Origin: Eubacteriales bacterium
GTDB taxonomy: Bacteria > Bacillota > Clostridia > Oscillospirales > JAAYXM01
NCBI GenBank assembly: GCA_045539475.1
Contig: JAZQFJ010000091.1
Location: forward strand, 28,003 to 92,002
Length of the DNA stretch: 64,000 nt
Direction of reading: 5' to 3'
Positions 9,627 to 17,515 of this stretch are shown here, piece after piece. Position 1 is the stretch's first letter. Every line of letters starts with the position of its first letter. Below the pieces are notes generated by a model that was not told the DNA's origin, searched no databases, and saw nothing but the letters and a program-made list of their open reading frames with translations. The translations under genes were made by a program, and so were the position numbers.

Positions 9627-10436
9627 TTGGAAGCAATTTTTGTATATTTAACAACCAATAAAGATGCGTTCACTGTTATGGGAGTCTTATTAACTTTGGT
9701 TATAAGCAGTATTTCCTTGTGGTTTTCTGTGAAAAACAATAAGGCAGTGCATTATGTAAATTCAGTAACAAAAAATCGCGTAGAATGGATTGATAAATTA
9801 AGGAAAAATATTGCCGAGTTTATTTCACTTTTAGACACGCAAGATTTAACAGACACATTCGTTGAAATGGATGATTTCGTTAAATATCCTTTTGGTGAAA
9901 AGTTAAGTAGACTTAATCAAATCGGAACAGAAATTAAGTTAATGCTCAATTTTTCAGATGAGTATGATAGAAAGATAATGGATAAGATTGAGCTTATAAT
10001 AATCAATTATAAAAATTTGTTCGTTAAAATTCAAAGAAATATATTAGAGAATGAGAAAAATAAAGCATTAATTTTTACGCCCAACAGTGAAGTTTTAAAA
10101 AAACAAAAATTGATAGAATCACTCAGTGAAGAGTTATTATCAGATATGCAGATATATTTAAAGTCTGAATGGAATCGAGTCAAGTACGAATCAAGAGGAA
10201 AAAATTACGAAAAAGAAACTCAGCTTTTTGATCTTGAAGAATTAATTGCGAAGAAATCAAATGCTGATTATAAAAACAACACTTGGAAAAGATTCTGTAA
10301 AAATACAAAAGCAAAAGTGAAAAGACTTTGGAGTTCGCATCAATGTTCAGTAATTATTATTGTTATTGCCTGCATTATTTTCTTTTTGAATATTCCTAGT
10401 GTTGTAAAAAATATTATTAATTTATTTGTCAAATGA
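9627..10436 (+). CDS. hypothetical membrane protein (N- and C-terminal TM segments, coiled-coil middle)
   Basis: TTG start 8 nt after GGGAGG. Hydrophobic segments VMGVLLTLVISSISLWF and VIIIVIACIIFFL; very AT-rich, Lys/Asn/Ile-rich. Confidence 0.5.
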   Translation: MEAIFVYLTTNKDAFTVMGVLLTLVISSISLWFSVKNNKAVHYVNSVTKNRVEWIDKLRKNIAEFISLLDTQDLTDTFVEMDDFVKYPFGEKLSRLNQIGTEIKLMLNFSDEYDRKIMDKIELIIINYKNLFVKIQRNILENEKNKALIFTPNSEVLKKQKLIESLSEELLSDMQIYLKSEWNRVKYESRGKNYEKETQLFDLEELIAKKSNADYKNNTWKRFCKNTKAKVKRLWSSHQCSVIIIVIACIIFFLNIPSVVKNIINLFVK

Positions 10437-10454
10437 ATACTGATGAAATAAACT

Positions 10455-10487
10455 AAGAGATTCTCTGTTTTGGAGGATCTCTTTTAT
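10455..10487 (+). terminator. hairpin terminator after the 9627..10436 gene
   Basis: AAGAGATTC pairs with GGATCTCTT (9 bp including one G-U), followed by TTATC. Confidence 0.55.
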
Positions 10488-10513
10488 CATATATCAAGAA
10501 AGGAGTGTTCACT

Positions 10514-11542
10514 GTGAAATGCTTGATGAAATATGATTGGGTAAAGCTTCCGCGTACTGCCCTGCCAAAAGGCAAGGGAGTAATGCGCTCGTGGGCACGC
10601 CTTGCATCGCGCGCAGCATTCAGGAAAGGACAAGCTGAGTATTGCGGACACACAAACCCTGTGAATGCCGGAGAATGGTCCGGAGGAATTGTCGGGGTAA
10701 AAAGCATTCTGGGAATAAAGAAACGTTCAGAAGCACTTGAAATGCTCGATAAGCTATCAAAGCTCGGGTATATCGGTTATTCTTTGGATGAACGAACAAA
10801 AAAGCTCACATACAGAATTTGTGATTGGGTGGTTAAATGCTCGGGAGCCGAATGTATGGACGGTAATGTCTATACGACTCAAGGATATGGATTCCTCTGC
10901 CTTCCACGCAATATAACAGAACGGCTTTGTGAAAAGAATTATAAATTTGAAGAATCAGACGCATGGTTGGATTTATGGTGCCACACGGTATTTGAGGATC
11001 CTGACAATGCGTTTTCTTTTTTTGCGCCGGTCATACAATATTCAAAACACGGTGCTATATTGACCTTGGAAACCTTGGGACAGCGTTGGAACTGGGAGAA
11101 AACAAAGGTATGGAGATTTCTGCAAAAGCATGGGGATGTCTTTGCTCTGTACCGTTTACCCGGCTCTTACGGCTGTCTCATTTATAATAAACTTTATCCA
11201 ATAAATAAAGAGGTTTCACTTCCTGCAGAGGAAGAAATTGTGAGTATTCTGGACAGAATACGTATTTTGGGTGTAAATACGCACAAAAGCGCAAATGATC
11301 ACGAACACATGAACAAGCTTGTTTCATGGTACAGCAAAACAGTTGTTCAGGAAATTGTCGCTGAAGCTTTGCAAAATCGCGTTGCACTTTCTGCCCATAT
11401 AATACGCGCGTATATTTCTCCTTGCAGGAATTGTAAGAATTGTGAATATGACTGCGGAAGTATATATAAGAACTCTACCACAGTTATTGAAGCGAATAAC
11501 ATCCGGGGACCATGTTTTCCTTCGGACATAATGAAATGCTAA
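10514..11542 (+). CDS. hypothetical protein with two winged-helix-like segments (possible replication/organiser protein)
   Basis: GTG 10514 lies 8 nt after AGGAG; alternatives are GTG 10505 and ATG 10526. wHTH-like segments: KKRSEALEMLDKLSKLGYIGY and LTLETLGQRWNWEKTKVWRFLQKHG. Confidence 0.45.
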   Translation: MKCLMKYDWVKLPRTALPKGKGVMRSWARLASRAAFRKGQAEYCGHTNPVNAGEWSGGIVGVKSILGIKKRSEALEMLDKLSKLGYIGYSLDERTKKLTYRICDWVVKCSGAECMDGNVYTTQGYGFLCLPRNITERLCEKNYKFEESDAWLDLWCHTVFEDPDNAFSFFAPVIQYSKHGAILTLETLGQRWNWEKTKVWRFLQKHGDVFALYRLPGSYGCLIYNKLYPINKEVSLPAEEEIVSILDRIRILGVNTHKSANDHEHMNKLVSWYSKTVVQEIVAEALQNRVALSAHIIRAYISPCRNCKNCEYDCGSIYKNSTTVIEANNIRGPCFPSDIMKC

Positions 11543-11557
11543 AAGGAGAATCGAAAT

Positions 11558-12190
11558 ATGAATAAAAAGAATAATATATCCCTGTATGAACAGCAGGAAG
11601 AACGCATCAGGGTGCAATCGGATGCGTTTATCACGCTTCTGACAGAACGAGGCATTCTTGGAGATCACAGAATTGATGACCAAAAGATCAGAAGTGCAAG
11701 ACAAACCAAGCAAAAAAACACCTACCACAACACCCTGATGCTCTTGAAAAATTACAGAACAATAGCGTGGATGCTCGAATGTTTCCCCGATGATGTATCA
11801 GTGGAATTGGAACGCCCGTTTGAAAAATTGGACAGGCTCATTGAGAATATTGACCTCGAAGTGGCGATGGGCAACAGAAAGCTTGAAAGCCGCATAGAAG
11901 GTGTGCAAAAATCCCGTATTTTGCTTGATAGGGTGAATGAAGCACTCACTGTCCTGAAGAAAAAGCCTGAAAACGGCGAGCTTTTGTATAACCTCATTTA
12001 TCAGACCTATATAACCCCCGAAAAGCTTGGACTTACGGATGTTCTGTATCGACTGGACATTTCACCAAGGCATTATTACAGACTCCGTTCACAGGCAATC
12101 ACTATTCTGTCAATCCGGTTGTGGGCATCCCCCGGAAAAGATGTGGATTTCTGGCTTGAAATGCTCACATTGCTGGAGGGACTGAGCTAA
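11558..12190 (+). CDS. putative transcription regulator with sigma-70 region-4 / ArpU-like C-terminal HTH
   Basis: C-terminal LDISPRHYYRLRSQAITILSIRLW resembles a region-4 HTH, plus LLKNYRTIAWML. Sits immediately upstream of the TTGGCA-repeat promoter. Confidence 0.4.
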   Translation: MNKKNNISLYEQQEERIRVQSDAFITLLTERGILGDHRIDDQKIRSARQTKQKNTYHNTLMLLKNYRTIAWMLECFPDDVSVELERPFEKLDRLIENIDLEVAMGNRKLESRIEGVQKSRILLDRVNEALTVLKKKPENGELLYNLIYQTYITPEKLGLTDVLYRLDISPRHYYRLRSQAITILSIRLWASPGKDVDFWLEMLTLLEGLS

Positions 12191-12199
12191 TGATTTCGG

Positions 12200-12267
12200 A
12201 CGGCAATAAATTGGCACAAAATTGGCAGAGTTTTGCCGATGACATGCAAATGAAAAAGTGCTACAAT
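12200..12267 (+). promoter_or_regulatory. TTGGCA direct repeats (11-bp phasing) fused to a sigma-A type promoter, copy A
   Basis: aCGGCA 12200, TTGGCA 12211, TTGGCA 12222; ATGACA (12239-12244), 17-nt spacer, TACAAT (12262-12267). The 34-nt core is 33/34 identical to 42770-42803. Confidence 0.6.
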
Positions 12268-12301
12268 GGTAGTGTCCAAAAGTGGGATCGGACAATAAAA
12301 T

Positions 12302-12344
12302 GTCGCTTTTAAAGCTTGATAAGCTTATGAAGGCGACTTTTTTT
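12302..12344 (+). terminator. leader hairpin plus T7 run upstream of the T4SS operon
   Basis: GTCGC (12302-12306) pairs with GCGAC (12333-12337), with an inner AAGCTT/AAGCTT pairing; then TTTTTTT (12338-12344), 35 nt before ATG 12379. Confidence 0.5.
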
Positions 12345-12378
12345 ATTGCCGAAATTTCAAGAAGAGGAGGTTATTAGT

Positions 12379-12747
12379 ATGAACAGACGGTTAAGCGTAA
12401 GCAATAAGCTCCAGACTGCTTACTGGTCGGTAGTAGCTGCGGCATCGGGAATGATTTTATCAATCAACCCGACAATGGCCGCACCTACTGTAGATATCTG
12501 GTCTCGTTTTTCAACGATTATGCAGGATATCTACGGCGAAATCGTTGCTATCAGTACCATCGTTGCAGTAACGGTTGCAGCTATTGCTTTGGTTGTCAGA
12601 ATGGTTTCACGAAACCAGCGTGCTGTTGATGAAGCGACAAGTTGGCTCAAGCGAATTGTAATCACTTGGATCGTTCTTAACTCACTTGGCTTTGTGGTTG
12701 CCTACTTACAGCCTCTAATCCAGGGCGGAAACTATACTGCACCTTAG
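12379..12747 (+). CDS. VirB2/TrbC-like pilin-type small membrane protein (candidate)
   Basis: ATG 12379 follows GAGGAGG. Signal-like N-terminus ending TMAAPT, then two hydrophobic helices. First gene of the T4SS operon. Confidence 0.5.
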   Translation: MNRRLSVSNKLQTAYWSVVAAASGMILSINPTMAAPTVDIWSRFSTIMQDIYGEIVAISTIVAVTVAAIALVVRMVSRNQRAVDEATSWLKRIVITWIVLNSLGFVVAYLQPLIQGGNYTAP

Positions 12748-12783
12748 TGTTTTTTCTGTCGGGCAATATGGAGGTGATGAAAA

Positions 12784-15585
12784 TTGCTTGACTGGATTTT
12801 TGAGGGTATAGTTTCGTGGGTAAGCAGCATTGTAACCGATATGATGGATGCAGTATCCGGTTTATTCCTGAATGCTCTCGGTACGGATATGACGGCGATG
12901 GAGGAATATTTCCCGTTTGTCGAAAAAGCTTTCACCGTTATGCAGTACACAGGATGGGCGATGCTGTTTCTGATAACGGTATGGCAACTGTTCAGAATTT
13001 TCGGAGGTCCGATTACAGAAGCGGAAAATCCGTGGACACTGCTTGCAAAAAGTTGCCTTTTTGCATTGCTTATCGGATATGCGAAGCCTATTTTCACAAC
13101 TGCACTCGACATTGCAACTGCTCCGTATACGGCACTTATGGATCTGACAATGTCAGCTGAGGATTTTACATTTGCAGGTGTCGGAAATGCGTTGAGTAAT
13201 GGTCTCACTACAATCATATCAGTTGTGTCGGTTGTAGGATTATTATTGCTTATCATATTGGAAATCGCATTAGGTTGGAACTATTTCAAATTATTGCTCG
13301 AAACTGTTGAAAGATATGTCGTTGTGGGTGTACTTTGCTATACATCCCCTCTCGCATATGCAATGGGAGCCTCGAAAGCCACAAGCAATGTATTCCGGTC
13401 GTGGTGCCGTATGGTAGGCTCACAGCTTCTGTTACTTGTCATGAATGTATGGTTCCTCAGAGGCTTTAACAGCTCTATGGGGCAGTTCATGGGTAACGGC
13501 GGTGCACTTTCAACCGGACAAGGCAGTATATTTCTGTGGTTGTTTTGCGCATTGGCGTTTTTGAAAACAGCACAGAAGTTTGATAGCTATCTTGCTTCCA
13601 TAGGACTCAATGTAGCTCAGACCGGAAGCAGTATGGGTATGGAACTGCTTATGGCGGCAAGGGTTGTAAGCGGCATAGGCAGCAACGTAAAAAGTGCAGG
13701 AAATGTGTTCAAGGGCGGAGGCTCTGGCACCGGAACAGGCGCGGCTCCGACAGGATTTGCAGGTGGTTTTGCGAACAAGTTCAAAGGCAACAGTTATGTT
13801 CGCGATGCCGTTGTCAATGGCGGTTCGCGCATGGGCATGGGTGGAACCATCGGCTTTGTGGGCAGAATGTTCGGAGGAATGGCGGCGCGAAACGGCGCAA
13901 CCTTAAATGGTGAGTCGATTTCATCTGTTGCATCAAGAACCGCAGATGTTTCAGGCACTATTGCAGGAAACATTGCAGACAGAAGTCTTGGTAATTATAT
14001 GCCACACATGGCAGGTCAAAAGCTTGCTGATACTCAGATTACAGGCGGACATATCAGAACTACGTCTGTTGGTCCGGACGGAAAAAATACTTCTGTTGAG
14101 ATGTTTAGTGCAGCTCAGTATGAGAAGCCGGATGTACCGCATTCCGTAGTGACAGCATCAGATGGCAGTCAGTGGTTCCAAATGGCAAGCGGCAGCGGTG
14201 CAGGCGCATATTATGCTGTCCCCGAATTTAACGGTGATGCATCTGAAGCCGGAAAGGTTTCCGCGACATTCCCCGACGCAGAAGAAGGTACTATCCTCAG
14301 AACTGCAGATGAGGGTGTTATTGAAGCAAGCTTGCCCGGAGAAAATTCATTGTTGTATAGCAGTGCTATGTATACCGAGCCTGAAGGTGAACACTCTGTT
14401 GTAACCGATGCAGACGGTAATGAATGGTACAAGATGTCCGCTGAAGGGATTGCAGACGGTTCGGTCAATGCGCCTGAGTATATTGGTAGCGAGAATGTTT
14501 CCTTCCCCGAAATGGACGACAGAACATCCATTACTGCTGTTGGTGATGGTGTTATGGAAGCAAACGGCGCGGACGGTAGCTCAATGCTTTATAACAGCGA
14601 AATGTATGCTGAGCCTGAAGGCGAGCATTCAGTTGTTACCGACTCAGAAGGTAACAGATGGTATCAGATATCCGGAACGGACACGCCTCCTCAATTTACA
14701 GGAGATAATGGTGTTTCGTTCTCTGCAATGCCTGAAGGCACAGAGTTCACCCAGACTGGAAACGGTGTCGTTGAATCAAGCGGCGCTGACGGTGGTTCAA
14801 CACTTTATAACAGTGCTATGTACGCTGAACCTGAAGGTGATCACAATGTTGTTACAGCCGATGACGGAAGTAACTGGTATCAGATGTCGAGTGCAGACCT
14901 TGCAAACGGCACGGTATCAGCTCCGCAATATATCGGAAATACAGCAGATGCACCTCAAGGTGCTGTCAGATTCCCAGAAATGGCAGACGGAACTACATAT
15001 ACTCCTGCCGGGAACGGTGTTGTTGAAGCAAGCAGAGAACCCGGTAACAACACGCTTTGGTACAGCAGTGCTAATTTTGAAGAGCCTGATGCTCCTCATA
15101 CCGTTATGCAATCCGCTAATGGTGTTGACTGGTATGCGATGCAACCAAACGCAAGTGCTCCTGAATTTGAGGCCGGCGAAGCTGCAAATGCATATAATCG
15201 GGCGCAGTTCGGGTCCTTTATGCCGGGATATGAGCATAATGTTGTTTCTGTTGACGGAAACGGACGTCAGGACGGATACTTTGAGGTTCGCAATAAGGAC
15301 GGCAGTGGTACAATGTTCTACGATACCGCACAATACGCTGCTCCTCGTGGCAATTATCAGGTGTTTGAGGATGTCAACGGAAGTCAATGGTATGCAATCC
15401 ACGGCGAATCGGCTGTTGAAAGAAAGCCTGTATTTGATGCAGACGGTAAGCCTGTATATGAAAACGAGAATACCGTCAAGACAAAGACGGTAGAAACAGT
15501 TCGTTACAAGAATACACCGTCAAGATACAGTGAACCAAAGCGGCGTGAAAAGACAGAAATAAAACAGCCGAAGCGTAAACGATAA
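12784..15585 (+). CDS. VirB6/TrbL-like polytopic T4SS membrane protein with a long repeat-containing C-terminal extension
   Basis: About 290 aa with 6-7 hydrophobic segments, a Gly-rich linker, then six ~75-aa repeats. TTG start 6 nt after GGAGGTG. Confidence 0.7.
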   Translation: MLDWIFEGIVSWVSSIVTDMMDAVSGLFLNALGTDMTAMEEYFPFVEKAFTVMQYTGWAMLFLITVWQLFRIFGGPITEAENPWTLLAKSCLFALLIGYAKPIFTTALDIATAPYTALMDLTMSAEDFTFAGVGNALSNGLTTIISVVSVVGLLLLIILEIALGWNYFKLLLETVERYVVVGVLCYTSPLAYAMGASKATSNVFRSWCRMVGSQLLLLVMNVWFLRGFNSSMGQFMGNGGALSTGQGSIFLWLFCALAFLKTAQKFDSYLASIGLNVAQTGSSMGMELLMAARVVSGIGSNVKSAGNVFKGGGSGTGTGAAPTGFAGGFANKFKGNSYVRDAVVNGGSRMGMGGTIGFVGRMFGGMAARNGATLNGESISSVASRTADVSGTIAGNIADRSLGNYMPHMAGQKLADTQITGGHIRTTSVGPDGKNTSVEMFSAAQYEKPDVPHSVVTASDGSQWFQMASGSGAGAYYAVPEFNGDASEAGKVSATFPDAEEGTILRTADEGVIEASLPGENSLLYSSAMYTEPEGEHSVVTDADGNEWYKMSAEGIADGSVNAPEYIGSENVSFPEMDDRTSITAVGDGVMEANGADGSSMLYNSEMYAEPEGEHSVVTDSEGNRWYQISGTDTPPQFTGDNGVSFSAMPEGTEFTQTGNGVVESSGADGGSTLYNSAMYAEPEGDHNVVTADDGSNWYQMSSADLANGTVSAPQYIGNTADAPQGAVRFPEMADGTTYTPAGNGVVEASREPGNNTLWYSSANFEEPDAPHTVMQSANGVDWYAMQPNASAPEFEAGEAANAYNRAQFGSFMPGYEHNVVSVDGNGRQDGYFEVRNKDGSGTMFYDTAQYAAPRGNYQVFEDVNGSQWYAIHGESAVERKPVFDADGKPVYENENTVKTKTVETVRYKNTPSRYSEPKRREKTEIKQPKRKR
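14095..15480 (+). repeat. six tandem ~72-85-aa coding repeats (core Y.SAMYAEPEGEHSVVTD.DGN.WYQMS)
   Basis: Repeat cores read at KPDVPHSVVTASDGSQWFQM, EPEGEHSVVTDADGNEWYKM, EPEGEHSVVTDSEGNRWYQI, EPEGDHNVVTADDGSNWYQM, EPDAPHTVMQSANGVDWYAM, APRGNYQVFEDVNGSQWYAI. Confidence 0.85.
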
Positions 15586-15593
15586 AACATATT

Positions 15594-15630
15594 CGGACAG
15601 CCTGTTTGAAAACTCAGGCTGTCCGTTTTG
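15594..15630 (+). terminator. intra-operon hairpin plus T-run between the VirB6-like and hydrolase genes
   Basis: CGGACAGCCTG (15594-15604) pairs perfectly with CAGGCTGTCCG (15615-15625), then TTTTG. Confidence 0.65.
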
Positions 15631-15641
15631 TATGAGGAGGT

Positions 15642-17111
15642 GTGCGAGTGTCAGAACCGCAAAAAAACCAAATAGGTGACGGCCATGATAATTATGCCGG
15701 AGCCGCCAAGCAAATGGCAACTGCTGCAAAAGAAGTAAGTAAAGCCGCGGCAAAAACTGCGGCGACGGAAGGTGCAAAAGCAACTGCCAATGCGGCTGCT
15801 GCAACCGTAAAAGCCGGAGTAGAAGGAGGAAAAGCCGTTGCGGAGATAGCAACCGGAACTGCTGCAGGCGGGCCGTGGGGCGCGATTATCGCTGCTGCAT
15901 GGGCCATGAGGCATACCTTATTCAAAATACTTGTTTGTATTTGCCTGTGTCTTGTTTTTTTGATTGTTTTAATCGTATCATTACCGTCCATAATAATGGA
16001 TTACATCTTCGGGACTGATGAAGCTCCGCCTGCTGAAGGAGTCACAGTTACGCAAACATATAACGACCTTGCAGATGCGGTATCGGCGGTGATTGAGGAG
16101 GGGTATAACACCTCTTATGCCGAGGTCGAGAGCATTATTGCAGACGGCGGATATGATTATGATCTATCTATGGCATCACTTATAAATTACGCACAAAGCT
16201 CTGCGGGCTATGATACCTGTTATATTTTAGCTGCATATTCAGCATCTATGGAACAGAGCGGAACAAGTCAGGATGATATGATATCCAAGTTGAGAAGCGT
16301 TTCTGACCGTATGTTTCCTGTCACATATATAGAAAAAACAGGCATAAAAGTAATTACAGCACCAAATGGAGATCAAACGACAGTAACTGTAAAATATGTT
16401 GAATGTACTATCCATCCTTTTGATAATACGGTTATAACAGATGCGTTTGAGATAGACATAAATGCTCAGTACAATCAGTTTAATATCACATATGGAGAAG
16501 CAATTACAAATATGGCAAACTCACTCAAAATGACACTGTACGGCTCTTTGGGAGATGGTCAGGCAGTTCCGCTTACCGATGCAGAGCTTGTAACCTATGT
16601 CAACAGCCAGGGCGTTACCGGTGCAAGAAAAGCACTTCTGGAAACGGGGTTATCTCTTGTCGGTAAGGTTCCGTATTTTTGGGGCGGCAAAAGTGCTGCC
16701 GGTTGGAATGACGAGTGGAATACGCCAAAGGTAGTTACGTCGGCCGGATCGGCAAGTACCGGAACCATTCGACCTTTCGGTCTCGACTGCAGTGGATTCA
16801 CTTCATGGGTGTATTTAACTGCGTTGGATATCAATATAGGAGCCGGTGGCTCCGGACAATATTCCAATACAGTTTCAGTATCAGCTTCGGATTTAAAAGT
16901 CGGAGATCTTGGGTTTCTTGCCAAATCCGGCGGTAACGGCTGGGAACATGTTCTTATGTTTGCAGGATATGGTGATAACGGCGAACGGATGTGGGTTCAC
17001 TCTACCGGTGGTGTTGGTGTCATTCTTAATTCTCCAAGCTACGACTCCGAACTGGTGCTGCGGCGCATAAAGACAATAGATTTTGATACGGCGATTCCCG
17101 TATCTCCATAA
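15642..17111 (+). CDS. T4SS-associated cell-wall hydrolase, N-terminal TM plus C-terminal NlpC/P60 (C40) domain
   Basis: GKVPYFWGGKS...RPFGLDCSGFTSWVY contains the catalytic Cys context. TM segment ILVCICLCLVFLIVLIVSL. Alternative start GTG 15648. Confidence 0.8.
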   Translation: MRVSEPQKNQIGDGHDNYAGAAKQMATAAKEVSKAAAKTAATEGAKATANAAAATVKAGVEGGKAVAEIATGTAAGGPWGAIIAAAWAMRHTLFKILVCICLCLVFLIVLIVSLPSIIMDYIFGTDEAPPAEGVTVTQTYNDLADAVSAVIEEGYNTSYAEVESIIADGGYDYDLSMASLINYAQSSAGYDTCYILAAYSASMEQSGTSQDDMISKLRSVSDRMFPVTYIEKTGIKVITAPNGDQTTVTVKYVECTIHPFDNTVITDAFEIDINAQYNQFNITYGEAITNMANSLKMTLYGSLGDGQAVPLTDAELVTYVNSQGVTGARKALLETGLSLVGKVPYFWGGKSAAGWNDEWNTPKVVTSAGSASTGTIRPFGLDCSGFTSWVYLTALDINIGAGGSGQYSNTVSVSASDLKVGDLGFLAKSGGNGWEHVLMFAGYGDNGERMWVHSTGGVGVILNSPSYDSELVLRRIKTIDFDTAIPVSP

Positions 17112-17119
17112 ACAGGTAG

Positions 17120-17515
17120 GTGATTGAATTGGAAGAAAGAGAATATAACAACATTTATGCAATACCGGCAAACTATACCGATTCCGGTAAACTATTTGGC
17201 GGAATGCTTGAGCCGAGAAATGCCGTCGAAACAGTTATCGTCATACTTCTTATCGGATATCCTGAGCTTATGCTTATTCCTATGCCCGGCACTATCAGAA
17301 TTGTTGTAATGACGATAACGCTGATTCCATTGGCAGTTATTGCGATGATGGGCATTGACGGTGATTCTCTGTTTCAGTATACGGGACACATATTCCGCTA
17401 CTTCCTCAATCGCAGAACATTGCATTTCAGAAGGGTGGGATATAAATATGAGCAAAGCCAACTCAAAAAAAGAAAGAAAACCGACAAAGTCAAGGAAAAA
17501 GCCGGAAAAGCTTGA
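17120..17515 (+). CDS. small two-TM T4SS protein (VirB3/PrgI-like by position and topology)
   Basis: 131 aa with two hydrophobic helices, located directly before and overlapping the VirB4 gene. Confidence 0.45.
   Translation: MIELEEREYNNIYAIPANYTDSGKLFGGMLEPRNAVETVIVILLIGYPELMLIPMPGTIRIVVMTITLIPLAVIAMMGIDGDSLFQYTGHIFRYFLNRRTLHFRRVGYKYEQSQLKKRKKTDKVKEKAGKA

Noticed and set aside
12211-12227. TTGGCAC-N4-TTGGCA resembles a sigma-54 -24/-12 promoter (TGGCAC-N5-TTGCW).
   Set aside because: The second element is TTGGCA rather than TTGCW, and the GG-to-GC spacing does not fit. A third phased repeat lies upstream, and a good sigma-A -35/-10 follows immediately. No sigma-54 activator (EBP) gene is visible in the window.
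14408-15493. 361-aa alternative-frame ORF on the + strand inside the VirB6-like gene.
   Set aside because: It lies wholly within the repeat region of a much longer ORF with clear protein-level periodicity. It has no RBS and has the odd composition typical of an out-of-frame read-through of repeats.
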